Below, piece by piece: positions 38,752 through 48,868 of a stretch of 64,000 bases of DNA. Made by a program: the position numbers and the translations under genes. Location: positions 6,574 to 70,573 of the forward strand of contig CAMEOO010000001.1 of NCBI GenBank assembly GCA_945929875.1. Direction: 5' to 3'. The notes beneath the pieces were generated by a model. That model searched no databases. It saw nothing but the letters and a program-made list of their open reading frames with translations, and was not told the DNA's origin. Origin of the DNA: an uncultured Bacillales bacterium. Lineage in GTDB: Bacteria > Bacillota_I > Bacilli_A > RFN20 > CAG-449. Within the stretch, counting starts at the first letter, position 1, and each line of letters opens with the position of its first letter.

Positions 38752-39999
38752 TTAAAACTTTATTTCTATGAAATTATCATCGCTTGGAATATCTTTTGAT
38801 ATAAAATTATAGTAATTAGAAATATGGCTTTTTGTATAATAATCATCTAGCGATTTTACATACGTTAATCTGTTAATATAATTATTATAATTACTTGATT
38901 CACCAGCAATTGGATGCCACGCCTGTAACCTTGATGCTTCGTTCCAAGAAATACCTACCGTATCAAATTGATATTCAAATGCTTTTAAGGTTTGCTCTGA
39001 ATTCATATCTTCATTTGGATCATTATATTCACTAGAAAGATTAAAAAAGTCTAATCTAGTATATTTAACATAACTCACATATTGATCAAATATCAGTTTA
39101 TTTAGAATTTTTAAGAAATTATTTACTTTCTTTGTGTTGTTTGAATAATATGATTTATTGACAAATATCGCTGTTTGAGGAACTCCTCGATATTTAGAAT
39201 TTGAAGTGTCGCTTGGAAACAATTTTCGATATAGTTGCTTCAAGCTCATGCAATAATGATAATCTGGATTTTTCTCAGGAACTTTATCTCCTTCTTTTGT
39301 ATATTCATCATATTCTTGATTATATAGAGGTGAACTTTTTAGCGTCATTAGTCTTGTTGCAAAAGGCTCGCTTATAACGATATAATCATAGGAATTTTCT
39401 TTCACAAAATTTTGAAATTCTACCTTGGGCATGTTTAAAAAATAATCATATAATTGTTTATCACTTCTTTCATCATAAACAACATCATAAGTAAACTTCC
39501 CCGTTTTTTCTATTGATGGTAAAATCGCTTTTAATGAATATCCTAAACTTCCCTTTTCATTATTTGCAAATATTTTCAAATTTGATTTATATGATGGGTC
39601 ATCTTCTTTGATATTGACTATGCTTCTTAAAGGATCAAAATCATAATTGATTGGTATAAATTGTTGATTTCCTAGAGATAATGTAGCAACATATGCATAA
39701 TTATCATACTCATCACATAAATCTAAACCTCTAACGCCATCATAAAAGATTACTTGATACTCATTATCTACATTTGAAGATTTAAAGGTACTTTCAATTA
39801 AATCTACATCATCAGTTAGTTCCAGTTTTTCTTCTTCATAGTATGCGCTGAGGGCTAATGATGAAGACCCTTTTTGAGCCAGAACTTTATATTCTAAAGG
39901 ATCAATTTTTAAAAAGAAATTATTAAGCGAGCACGATGATAAAAGAAGAACAGAAGATAAAGTAAGCAAAAAAGCTAAACTTTTTTTATTTTTCATCAT
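38752..39999 (-). CDS. hypothetical lipoprotein co-transcribed with deoB
   Basis: The signal peptide plus lipobox is MMKNKKSLAFLLTLSSVLLLSSCS. The 415-aa product is Tyr/Asn/Asp-rich. Its start overlaps the deoB stop by 14 nt. Confidence 0.6.
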   Translation of the reverse strand: MMKNKKSLAFLLTLSSVLLLSSCSLNNFFLKIDPLEYKVLAQKGSSSLALSAYYEEEKLELTDDVDLIESTFKSSNVDNEYQVIFYDGVRGLDLCDEYDNYAYVATLSLGNQQFIPINYDFDPLRSIVNIKEDDPSYKSNLKIFANNEKGSLGYSLKAILPSIEKTGKFTYDVVYDERSDKQLYDYFLNMPKVEFQNFVKENSYDYIVISEPFATRLMTLKSSPLYNQEYDEYTKEGDKVPEKNPDYHYCMSLKQLYRKLFPSDTSNSKYRGVPQTAIFVNKSYYSNNTKKVNNFLKILNKLIFDQYVSYVKYTRLDFFNLSSEYNDPNEDMNSEQTLKAFEYQFDTVGISWNEASRLQAWHPIAGESSNYNNYINRLTYVKSLDDYYTKSHISNYYNFISKDIPSDDNFIEIKF

Positions 40000-41185
40000 T
40001 TAATACCTCATTTATGACTTCTCCAATTTGATTCTCTGGTTTTAATGAGAAGTTTTCAATTATAGTTCTACCAATATAGCCAAATGAGTTTCTAGTTTCA
40101 ATTTCTCTTCCATTTTCTAAAGATTTAGAATAGATGAGTAAAGGAACCATCTCTCGAGTGTGATCGCTACCTGAATGTATAGGGTCATTCCCGTGATCTG
40201 CAGTAACCATCAAAAGGTCGTCTTCATTCATTTTTGAAATAAATTCACCTAATTGCTCATCAAATTCTTCTAAGCATTTTGCATAACCAACTGGATTTCT
40301 TCGATGGCCATATTCAGAATCAAATTCCACTAAATTGACAAAGCAAAGGCCGGTAAAATCTCTATCTAAAACTTGAATTGTTTTTTCCATGCCATCTTTA
40401 TTAGATACTGTTTTAATTTTTTCACCTACTCCAACGCCATTGAAAATGTCGCTAATTTTCCCTACGCAAATAGTTGAAAAGTTATTGTCTTTTAAAATAT
40501 CCATATAGGTTCTTCCAGTTGGAGATAAAGCATAGTCGTGTCGATTAGATGTTCTTTTAAAATTATCTTTACTAGTTCCTACATATGGACGAGCGATTAT
40601 TCTACCAAGTAAGTACTCAGGTCTTAAACAAATCTCTCGAGCGATTTCACAATAATGATATAATTGACTTACTGGAATAATTTCTTCGTGCGCGGCAATT
40701 TGAAGAACGGAATCACTGGAAGTATATACGATTAAGTCACCAGTTTTCATTTGATGTTCACCATATTGTTTAATGATTTCGGTTCCACTAGCTGCACAAT
40801 TCCCTACAATTTTTCTTCCAGTTTTTTCTTCTAGTTCATTAATTAAATCTTGAGGAAAACCAGTATCAGTAAATGTCTTAAATGGCTTAGAAGTTAAAAT
40901 GCCCATCATTTCCCAATGTCCAGTCATCGTATCTTTACCATTACTTGCTTCATTAAGCTTCAAACAGTAAGAATTAGGATGATCCACCTTAAATGTGCCC
41001 TTAATATTTGAATCTAGGTCATTTAAGCCAAGTTTATTCATATTTGGTATATTTAGTCCATTATTAGCTAAACTCACGTGTACGAGCGTATTTGCTCCTT
41101 TATCGTTAAATTTGTCTGCATCGCTCATCGCTCCAATACCTACTGAATCCATAACGATGACGAACACTCTTTTAAATCTTTTCAT
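39986..41185 (-). CDS. deoB: phosphopentomutase
   Basis: 399 aa, with N-terminal VFVIVMDSVGIG and alkaline-phosphatase-superfamily metal ligands. Confidence 0.9.
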   Translation of the reverse strand: MKRFKRVFVIVMDSVGIGAMSDADKFNDKGANTLVHVSLANNGLNIPNMNKLGLNDLDSNIKGTFKVDHPNSYCLKLNEASNGKDTMTGHWEMMGILTSKPFKTFTDTGFPQDLINELEEKTGRKIVGNCAASGTEIIKQYGEHQMKTGDLIVYTSSDSVLQIAAHEEIIPVSQLYHYCEIAREICLRPEYLLGRIIARPYVGTSKDNFKRTSNRHDYALSPTGRTYMDILKDNNFSTICVGKISDIFNGVGVGEKIKTVSNKDGMEKTIQVLDRDFTGLCFVNLVEFDSEYGHRRNPVGYAKCLEEFDEQLGEFISKMNEDDLLMVTADHGNDPIHSGSDHTREMVPLLIYSKSLENGREIETRNSFGYIGRTIIENFSLKPENQIGEVINEVLNDEK

Positions 41186-41213
41186 AAAATCAACTCCATT
41201 TACTAATTATATA

Positions 41214-42092
41214 CTATTTTTTATTCATTAACAAATCATATGCGGATAAAATTCTTTTACTTGATACATGGGTGTAAATTTGAGTGGTGGTAATATTACT
41301 ATGCCCTAGAATTTCTTGAACTAAGCGAAGATCGCTACCATTTTCAAGTAAGTGCGTCGCAAAACTATGTCTTAAAGTATGTGGTGTAACATTTAAACTT
41401 ATATCCGCACTAGATGCATATTTTTTTATTTTCTTCCAAAAATTTTGCCTTGATAATACTTTACCTTGCTTATTTAAAAATACATATTGCGATTTGTAAA
41501 AATCATATTTACCACGAACTTTTTGTAAGTAATTAAGTAAATAATCTTTAGCAAAATCTCCAATAGGAACAATTCTTTCTTTATCCCCTTTTCCTCTAAT
41601 CTTAAGAATCCCTAAATCTAAGTTGACTTGCTTTAATTTTAAATTGATTAATTCGCTAACTCTTATTCCAGAAGAATACATAATTTCTAGCATCGCTCGA
41701 TCTCTTATACCATCTGGTTTATTTAAATTAGGTTGTTCAAATAGTCTTTCAACTTCTTCAAATGATAATACATCAGGTAAATATTTATCTTTCTTTGGTA
41801 ATTCTATTAGTGATGATTTATTCTTTAGAATATTTTGCTTTTGTAAAAAGACGTAAAACTGTTTAATTGTGCCTACTTTTCTAATTATTGTAGAACTAGC
41901 TTTACCTTGACTAGATAGAAAGCGAATATACCCTTCTAAATCTTCTAAGTCTAATTCTTCACATTTATATTTTTTTACATAGTTAAAAAATGAAGATAAA
42001 TCTTCTTTATAAGCATCTAATGTATTGTTTGAAATATTTCTTTCATAAAACATCATTTGAATAAAGAGTTCAAATCCATCATTTAACGTCAT
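41214..42092 (-). CDS. xerD: site-specific tyrosine recombinase XerD (RipX-like)
   Basis: The catalytic C-terminus is HTLRHSFATHLLENGSDLRLVQEILGHSNITTTQIYTHV. The xerD-deoB adjacency matches B. subtilis ripX-drm. Confidence 0.8.
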   Translation of the reverse strand: MTLNDGFELFIQMMFYERNISNNTLDAYKEDLSSFFNYVKKYKCEELDLEDLEGYIRFLSSQGKASSTIIRKVGTIKQFYVFLQKQNILKNKSSLIELPKKDKYLPDVLSFEEVERLFEQPNLNKPDGIRDRAMLEIMYSSGIRVSELINLKLKQVNLDLGILKIRGKGDKERIVPIGDFAKDYLLNYLQKVRGKYDFYKSQYVFLNKQGKVLSRQNFWKKIKKYASSADISLNVTPHTLRHSFATHLLENGSDLRLVQEILGHSNITTTQIYTHVSSKRILSAYDLLMNKK

Positions 42093-43260
42093 TTTTTTCT
42101 CCTAATTCGCTAGCTTTCATAAAAATATTTTTTTTACATTTATTATTTAATTCATTAATTAAAATTTTAGTTGCGCATTTTTCTTTGTGCATTTCGATGT
42201 CAAAAAAAGACATCTGCACATAGAATTCTTTTTTTGATATTAAATTAGATAAGGTGACACCTACTAAACGAATTAATTTATTAACAAAATAAGTATCGTA
42301 CAATTTTAATGCGTTATTGTAGATATCTTCTATGCTATTTGTTGGAACTTGAATAGTTTCTGACTTTGACATCATCTTAAAATCGCTATCTTTAATATTC
42401 AAAGTGATCGTATAGCCAATTTTACTCTCTTTCTCTGCCCTTTTACTGACATCTAAACTCTCTTGATAAATCATTGATCTTATCTCATCATAATCATCTG
42501 TATCAAATAAAAACGTCGTAGAATTTCCAATTGACTTAGGATCACTTGCTTCAGTGATTACTTCATCGCTTCCTTTTCCATATGCCCAATCTTTTAATAC
42601 ATAGTAAAATTTACCGAGAATTTTTTTAGTTTCGTCTTGGTTATCTAAAGCAAAATCACCTATAGTTTTAATGTTTATTTTCTCAAGTTTAGGATAAGTC
42701 TTTTTCCCAATACCAAACATATCTTTGATTGGTAATGGCCATAGTAATTTCTGAATATCTTTTCTTCGAATAATCGTGATTCCCATTGGCTTTTTCATGT
42801 CTGAAGCCATCTTCGCTAAAAATTTTGTTGGCGCTAAACCAATTGAACACATGAGTTTAGTTTCATTAAATAGATTATCTTGAAGTTTTTTTAAAAAAGC
42901 AATTGGATCTTTACAGTCTTTCATGCATTCAGTCATATCTGCGTAGCATTCATCAATTGAAGCAATTTCAATAATTTCAGTGTATTTTTTCACGTAATTA
43001 AAAAACTTTTGACTTAAGTCATGGTATAAGTTAAAATCGGGATTTCTTATGATTACATTTGGACATAATTTTAATGCCATATAAGTAGGCATAGCCGAAT
43101 TTATCCCAAATTTTCTAGCTTCATATGACGCAGTTGAAACAATTCCCCTTCTTGAGGTTCCTGCAATAATTAAAGGCTTACCTTCAAGTTCTGGTTCTTT
43201 AATTACCTGCGCTCGAGCAAAAAAACAATTCAAATCAATATGCATAATAATTTTGCTCAT
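42079..43260 (-). CDS. dinB: DNA polymerase IV (Y-family)
   Basis: The N-terminus IMHIDLNCFFARAQVIKEPELEGKPLIIAG gives the catalytic DxD...FF pattern, with an HhH motif and little-finger domain following. Confidence 0.85.
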   Translation of the reverse strand: MSKIIMHIDLNCFFARAQVIKEPELEGKPLIIAGTSRRGIVSTASYEARKFGINSAMPTYMALKLCPNVIIRNPDFNLYHDLSQKFFNYVKKYTEIIEIASIDECYADMTECMKDCKDPIAFLKKLQDNLFNETKLMCSIGLAPTKFLAKMASDMKKPMGITIIRRKDIQKLLWPLPIKDMFGIGKKTYPKLEKINIKTIGDFALDNQDETKKILGKFYYVLKDWAYGKGSDEVITEASDPKSIGNSTTFLFDTDDYDEIRSMIYQESLDVSKRAEKESKIGYTITLNIKDSDFKMMSKSETIQVPTNSIEDIYNNALKLYDTYFVNKLIRLVGVTLSNLISKKEFYVQMSFFDIEMHKEKCATKILINELNNKCKKNIFMKASELGEKNDVK

Positions 43261-43295
43261 AATCTCACCTCTTATTAATTATATAATATTTAAAA

Positions 43296-43330
43296 ATAGT
43301 AAAAAATAAAAAAGAATGATAAATATCATT
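43296..43330 (-). terminator. rho-independent terminator after spo0A (AGAATGAT / ATCATTCT hairpin, then UUUUUAUUUU on the minus strand)
   Basis: A perfect 8-bp stem at 43311..43330 is followed on the minus strand by a T run, encoded by 43301..43310. Confidence 0.6.
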
Positions 43331-43378
43331 CTATAAAATACTACTAATTATATACTAAATATTTACTAATACACATTT

Positions 43379-44155
43379 TTAAAGTTTTGAACTAACCTTA
43401 TTGTCTTTTAACGCTAAATAATCGGAAACTAAAGCGATAAATTCACTGTTAGATGGTTTATCTTTATACGATGGTATTGAATTGCCAAATAATGTTGAAA
43501 TAACTTCTACATCTCCTCTTTCCCACGCTAGTTCAATTGCATGTCTTATCGCTCTTTCTACTTTTGAACTACTAGATTTATATTTTTTTGCAATTTCTGG
43601 ATATAATTGTTTAGTTATTTGTCCGATAAACTCAGGGTTATAATAAGTTGAGCAGATTGCAGTTCTTAAGTAAGTAAATCCCTTGATATGAGATGGTATT
43701 CCAATTTTATGCAATAATTTTGTAATTCTAAATTCGATCTTTTGATTTTCATCTTCTTCTTTTTCCTCCACAAATTTTAAATTGATATGGATTTGATTTA
43801 TTAATGAATTGACATTATATGGTTTAATTAGTAAATTCGCTACATTATATTTTCTAAGTTGAGCAAAACAATTGTCATTAATCAATGACGCTTGAGCGAT
43901 GATTATCTTAATTTGAGGATATTTACTTTTATTCTCATTTAGTTCGCTTAGTATTTGATACCCGTCCATACCAGGAAGAATCAAATCAAGTAATAATACG
44001 TCGATTTTATTGCATCTTTTAATTTTTTCAAGAGCTTCAAGACCATTATTTTCTACTCCAACAATTTGTAAATCTTGTTCAAGACTTAATGCTTTTAATA
44101 ATTCATTTGATGATTCTTTTGAATTATCAATAATAAAAATAGATTTCTTTTCCAT
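43379..44155 (-). CDS. spo0A: sporulation master regulator Spo0A (receiver domain plus Spo0A-specific DNA-binding domain)
   Basis: The start is taken at ATG 44155, which has an AAAGGAGA ribosome-binding site. The receiver domain has the phospho-acceptor context DVLLLDLILPGMDG. The C-terminal domain reads IGIPSHIKGFTYLRTAI...ITKQLYPEIAKKY...SKVERAIRHAIELAWERG...PSNSEFIALVSDYL and aligns with the B. subtilis Spo0A helix-turn-helix and 0A-box recognition region. Confidence 0.85.
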   Translation of the reverse strand: MEKKSIFIIDNSKESSNELLKALSLEQDLQIVGVENNGLEALEKIKRCNKIDVLLLDLILPGMDGYQILSELNENKSKYPQIKIIIAQASLINDNCFAQLRKYNVANLLIKPYNVNSLINQIHINLKFVEEKEEDENQKIEFRITKLLHKIGIPSHIKGFTYLRTAICSTYYNPEFIGQITKQLYPEIAKKYKSSSSKVERAIRHAIELAWERGDVEVISTLFGNSIPSYKDKPSNSEFIALVSDYLALKDNKVSSKL

Positions 44156-44292
44156 GTTTGTTCTCCTTTTCTTCACTAAATTTTTAAAGAAAATAAATTA
44201 TTTAGCGAACCTAAACATATTTAATCATTATTTATATTATTTTTTCGAATTATGATAAATTTATTGTAAAATTCTCCATATAAGAGATTTTT

Positions 44293-45279
44293 TTATTTTG
44301 AAATTTGCTTGTTATACATATTATCGATATAAATACCATAACCATATTGAATATCATCCACGAGGACGTGAGTAACAGCGCCAACGATTTTGTTATTCTG
44401 AATAATTGGAGATCCTGACATTCCAGAGTACACTCCCCCGGCTATAGAAAGAAGCTCTGAATCATTAATTTTAAAAGTGATTCCTTTGGTTCCATTTTCA
44501 TCTTGCTTTTTTAAAGAGGTAATCATAATTTCATAACTTTTAACTTCATTTCCTTTTACGCAAGTTAATACTCTTGCTTTACCTTTCTTTATTTCATTTT
44601 TATAGGCGATTTCATAAGTTCTAGAATTACTAATTGAGCGGTAATATTTTCCAAACATTCCATATGATGAATTGATTAAAACATTTCCTATACTCTCTTT
44701 TAGTGATGTATTAGATACTTTTTCTCCTGGATGCATATTGCTACCTTTTGTAATAGAAATTACGTCATTGTAATAAATTTCACCTGAAGACAAATCAACG
44801 ATTGAATTTGTGTCGTTATCGACTACTTCGTGACCTAATCCTCCATAGATCATGGTGCTAGGATCAATATAAGTTATTGTCCCTACCCCGATCACTCGAT
44901 CTTTAACATATAACCCACTTCTTGATATATTGTTAATCTTATAGATAGGTAACTCTCTTTTTAATATTTCATTTTTTCGTTTAATTTTTAAATTAAGTGA
45001 TGAAGAGTCTTTAATCAAATTAGATAAATCATTAATATTAGAAATCTTTTTTGAATTTGCTTCAATGATCGTATCACCTTTTCTAATATCTTTTTCATTA
45101 GGATTATAAGTTTTATTATTATAAGTTACATCGTAAGTTCCAGTTATAATTACTCCCTTTGTATTTAATTTGAAAACATAGTTTTCTCCTGAAGGAATTA
45201 ATTTAATTCTTTTTGTTTGAACTGAAGTATTATATGGTATTGAAAATAAAATAGCTATTGAAGTAAGAGTAGAAAGCAT
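44293..45279 (-). CDS. spoIVB: SpoIVB signalling serine peptidase (S55, PDZ domain)
   Basis: An N-terminal signal anchor is followed by LIPSGENYVFKLNTKGVIITG (compare B. subtilis LIPGGQSVGVKLNTKGVLVVG). The C-terminus GGVYSGMSGSPIIQNNKIVGAVTHVLVDD carries the catalytic-Ser GMSGSPI motif. The recN-spoIVB-spo0A order is as in Bacillus. Confidence 0.75.
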   Translation of the reverse strand: MLSTLTSIAILFSIPYNTSVQTKRIKLIPSGENYVFKLNTKGVIITGTYDVTYNNKTYNPNEKDIRKGDTIIEANSKKISNINDLSNLIKDSSSLNLKIKRKNEILKRELPIYKINNISRSGLYVKDRVIGVGTITYIDPSTMIYGGLGHEVVDNDTNSIVDLSSGEIYYNDVISITKGSNMHPGEKVSNTSLKESIGNVLINSSYGMFGKYYRSISNSRTYEIAYKNEIKKGKARVLTCVKGNEVKSYEIMITSLKKQDENGTKGITFKINDSELLSIAGGVYSGMSGSPIIQNNKIVGAVTHVLVDDIQYGYGIYIDNMYNKQISK

Positions 45280-45341
45280 GTTATTTCCCCTTTCAATAAC
45301 TATTATTTTGAGATTAATTTAAATTATTTTGGCAAAATTTG

Positions 45342-47006
45342 CTATTTCATTTCTTCTATTAGATTTTTTGCTCCCTCTAAAGAAATATTATTAACATTTT
45401 CTCCCGAAATCATTCGCGCTATTTCATATATTAATTCTTCTTTTGATAATTCTTTTACATTTGTACTTGTTTGATTATCGTTACTATTTTTACTTACAAA
45501 TAAACAATAATCCCCTACTGCAGCCATTTGAGGTAAATGGGTAATTACTATGGTTTGAGAAATTTTGCTTAATTCTTTAATTCTTTTACTTACCAATACA
45601 CCAACATTAGAAGATATCCCAGTATCAATCTCATCAAAGATGATAGTTCCTACAGGATCTAAAGCGTTAAATACTAATTTATAAGCTAAATTTATTCTAC
45701 TTGTTTCACCTAAAGAAGCACATTGAGATAGTGGTAAAAATTTGCTGCCTACATTGGCTCTTAGTAAGAATGATATCTTATCTTGACCATTTTTATATAA
45801 TGGACATTCTTCGATATTTACCTTAAATAAGGCATTATTTAAAGCTAAATTAGTAAATGTGTCATTCATTTCTTTTTCTAATAATTCTATCGCCATATTC
45901 CTTTTTTCAGAAATCTGTTTTGCTAAATCAATACAAATTTTTTCTTCTTTTTCTATTTCTTTTTCTTGATTTACAATTAGCTCGCCAATATTTTTTATCG
46001 TATTTAAATCTTCAAGCATTTGATGATATTGATCTAATATTTCTTTAGTAGATTTACCATATTTTCTTTTTACTAAAGATAACTCTTGCTTTCGATTCTG
46101 AAGATATTCTAAACGATCTTGAGAATCTTCTATCGTAGAAATTTCGCTTTTAATTGTCTCAAAGCAATCTTCTAGGTCATAATATAATGAATCAAATCGA
46201 GAAATTTGTTCGCTTAAAAAATCTTCATGAATACTACCTAAATCTTTTTTTGCTTGATATAAATAGGAAGAAGCATTTTGATAATTTTCTTTAAAATTTT
46301 GATAATTAGAATAAATTTTGGCTAAAGAATTTAATTTTAATAATTCTTCATCAATCTCTTCAATTTCATTTTCCTTTAAATTTAATTTTTCTATTTCTTG
46401 AATTTGATATTCTAAATAGGAAACATCATCTAATGAGAGTTTTTTTTGCTTAAGAACATTTAATTTGCTTTTTTCTTCATTTAACTTTTTATATTGTGAA
46501 TTATATTCTTTTTTTAAGTTTAGGAAATTTTCATTTACTAAATTTTTATTTTTTTCTAGATATAAATCAATGTAATCAATTTGTTTTTTTTCATCAAAAA
46601 AAGAATTATCTTTATGTTGAGAATGGATATCAATGATATTTTCCATAACATCTTTTAAAACAGATTGAGGAACGTTATGAAAATTAATTTTACAATATGA
46701 TTTCCCCTCTTCAAGGGTTCTTGATACGACAAGAATATTGTCATCTTCAATTAATTCATACTTTTCATTGATGTATTCTTTAATATTTTGATTTTCAATT
46801 GTAAACGTTCCTTCAATGATTGCTTTTTTTTCTCCATATCGAATCTTATCATAATCTGATCGATTTCCAAGTAAAAGGCCTAAAGCGTCAATGATAATGG
46901 ATTTACCTGCGCCTGTTTCTCCTAAAAGGATATTCATTCCTTTCTCAAAATTGATGTTGATATCTTGAATAATTGCAAAATTTTTAATTGTTAAGTTCTT
47001 AAGCAT
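45342..47006 (-). CDS. recN: DNA repair protein RecN
   Basis: 554 aa. It has an N-terminal Walker A (GETGAGKSIIIDAL), a long coiled coil, and a C-terminal signature plus Walker B. Confidence 0.9.
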   Translation of the reverse strand: MLKNLTIKNFAIIQDININFEKGMNILLGETGAGKSIIIDALGLLLGNRSDYDKIRYGEKKAIIEGTFTIENQNIKEYINEKYELIEDDNILVVSRTLEEGKSYCKINFHNVPQSVLKDVMENIIDIHSQHKDNSFFDEKKQIDYIDLYLEKNKNLVNENFLNLKKEYNSQYKKLNEEKSKLNVLKQKKLSLDDVSYLEYQIQEIEKLNLKENEIEEIDEELLKLNSLAKIYSNYQNFKENYQNASSYLYQAKKDLGSIHEDFLSEQISRFDSLYYDLEDCFETIKSEISTIEDSQDRLEYLQNRKQELSLVKRKYGKSTKEILDQYHQMLEDLNTIKNIGELIVNQEKEIEKEEKICIDLAKQISEKRNMAIELLEKEMNDTFTNLALNNALFKVNIEECPLYKNGQDKISFLLRANVGSKFLPLSQCASLGETSRINLAYKLVFNALDPVGTIIFDEIDTGISSNVGVLVSKRIKELSKISQTIVITHLPQMAAVGDYCLFVSKNSNDNQTSTNVKELSKEELIYEIARMISGENVNNISLEGAKNLIEEMK

Positions 47007-47036
47007 AAACTCTCCTAAATATATACTAATTATCTA

Positions 47037-47243
47037 CTAAAAATCTTCTTCTTCATTATTTTCATTGATTAATGAGACTTTAGTTATTGCTTCATCTAAT
47101 TCTTTTTTTAATTCATCTGACAACTTTTTGCATTTATTATAGATTTCCATTGATTCTTCAAAAGGAATGCTTTCATCTTGAAGTTTTGATACTAATTCAT
47201 TTAATTCATTTAATCTTTCATCGAATGATCTTTTATTTTCCAT
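47037..47243 (-). CDS. xseB: exodeoxyribonuclease VII small subunit
   Basis: 68 aa, MENKRSFDERLNELNELVSKLQDESIPFEESMEIYNKCKKL. Confidence 0.8.
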   Translation of the reverse strand: MENKRSFDERLNELNELVSKLQDESIPFEESMEIYNKCKKLSDELKKELDEAITKVSLINENNEEEDF

Positions 47244-48435
47244 AATCTTTTATTTCCTTTACTTTTGCTTTAATTATACCATCTTTTAAGTTGATAGTTA
47301 GATCTTCATTGACAGCTACCTCTTTAATTGACTTAATTACTTTTTTATCTTTCTCTATCAAGGAATAGCCTTTATCAAAAGCGAGCCTTGGATCAAGAAG
47401 TATTAACCGACTTTCAAGATTTTTAATTTCCATTTGGTAATTTATGATTTTCAATTTAATTAAATAATTTGACTTATCTTTTATTTGCAGTAACTTGTTA
47501 AGATGTTTATTTAATATTGCAAGAGGATTTTTATTCTCTATTATATATATTAGTTGAAAAAGTTTATTTTCCAAATTATGATAATAAGATTTTATATTTT
47601 TATCCATTAAAATATTTAATGAATCAATAGAATTAATTATATCTATTTTTTTCATGCAACATTTTTCTCCAGCTTCTGTTGGAGTAATACAAGATATATC
47701 GCTGACTAAATCAACTAGAGAACTATCAATTTGATGACCTATTGCCGTTATTAAAGGCTTTTTAAGTGAAGCAGCCACTCGAACTAAAGATTCATCATTA
47801 AACGCTTTTAGATCTTCGTTTGCGCCTCCACCACGGGCTAAAATTATCGTATCGACATCTGATTTATCCGCTTGGAGTAAACACTTAATTATACTTTTAG
47901 GTGCATCTTCTCCTTGAACAAGGCAAGGAAAAATTTCAATTTGACAAGGATAACGTCGACTAATTGTATGAATAATGTCTTTGACTGCCGCGCCAGATTT
48001 AGAAGTTACTATTCCAATTTTTTTTGGAAACAAATTAATTTTTTTCTTTTCTTTATCAAATAAACCTTCATCTTTTAATTTCTTTTTTAATTCTTCAAGC
48101 ATTAAAAGATATTTTCCAACTCCATATGGTTCGATATTATAAACATAGATTTGATAAGTTCCTAGTTTATCAAAAACGCTTACTTTTCCATAAATAAGGA
48201 CTTCATCACCATTTTCTATAGGGTATTTAAGCTTATTTACATAAGAAGAAAACATCATACAAGATACTTTACTATTATCATCTTTTAAAGAAAAATAGTA
48301 ATGCCCTGTATAATGTTTATTTAAATTTGATATTTCTCCTTTGATGTATACCCTTTGTAAATTAATATCTCCTTCAAAGAGATTCTTAATATAGTTATTT
48401 AAAGTAGTTACATCGATAATTGGTAGTTGACTCAT
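47233..48435 (-). CDS. xseA: exodeoxyribonuclease VII large subunit
   Basis: 400 aa with an N-terminal OB fold (VYIKGEISNLNKHYTGHYYFSLKD). Confidence 0.85.
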   Translation of the reverse strand: MSQLPIIDVTTLNNYIKNLFEGDINLQRVYIKGEISNLNKHYTGHYYFSLKDDNSKVSCMMFSSYVNKLKYPIENGDEVLIYGKVSVFDKLGTYQIYVYNIEPYGVGKYLLMLEELKKKLKDEGLFDKEKKKINLFPKKIGIVTSKSGAAVKDIIHTISRRYPCQIEIFPCLVQGEDAPKSIIKCLLQADKSDVDTIILARGGGANEDLKAFNDESLVRVAASLKKPLITAIGHQIDSSLVDLVSDISCITPTEAGEKCCMKKIDIINSIDSLNILMDKNIKSYYHNLENKLFQLIYIIENKNPLAILNKHLNKLLQIKDKSNYLIKLKIINYQMEIKNLESRLILLDPRLAFDKGYSLIEKDKKVIKSIKEVAVNEDLTINLKDGIIKAKVKEIKDYGK

Positions 48436-48830
48436 AGTATTTTTTCTAAAATTGCATTAATAAACTTATAATCGTTTGCATCAGAATATTTTTTTGATAA
48501 GTTAACAGCGATATTAATTATTTCAGCTTTGCTTATTTCATCGGTGAAACGAATTTCCCCCATAGACATAAGCAAAATAGCATGAGAGACTAAATTAATT
48601 CGATTTAAAGTCCATTTATTTAAATTAACTGAAATTACTTCATCAAAATCATTTTGATGAACTAAAGTTTTTACGCATACTTCTTTAGAAAAAAGAGGTA
48701 TTTCATCATATGGTAATTCAAAAACATTTTCCATAATCTCTTTTAAGTCTTCACTATTCATTCTTTCATAGAATAAATATTGGTAGATGGAAAACATTAT
48801 CTTTTCTTGTTCTTGGTTTCTTGAAATCAT
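48432..48830 (-). CDS. nusB: transcription antitermination factor NusB
   Basis: 132 aa. The C-terminus IINIAVNLSKKYSDANDYKFINAILEKIL is NusB-like. The nusB-(folD)-xseA-xseB context supports it. Confidence 0.65.
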   Translation of the reverse strand: MISRNQEQEKIMFSIYQYLFYERMNSEDLKEIMENVFELPYDEIPLFSKEVCVKTLVHQNDFDEVISVNLNKWTLNRINLVSHAILLMSMGEIRFTDEISKAEIINIAVNLSKKYSDANDYKFINAILEKIL

Positions 48831-48868
48831 AATAACCTCTTTCTACTTAAAAAATAAGTCCAATGGAC

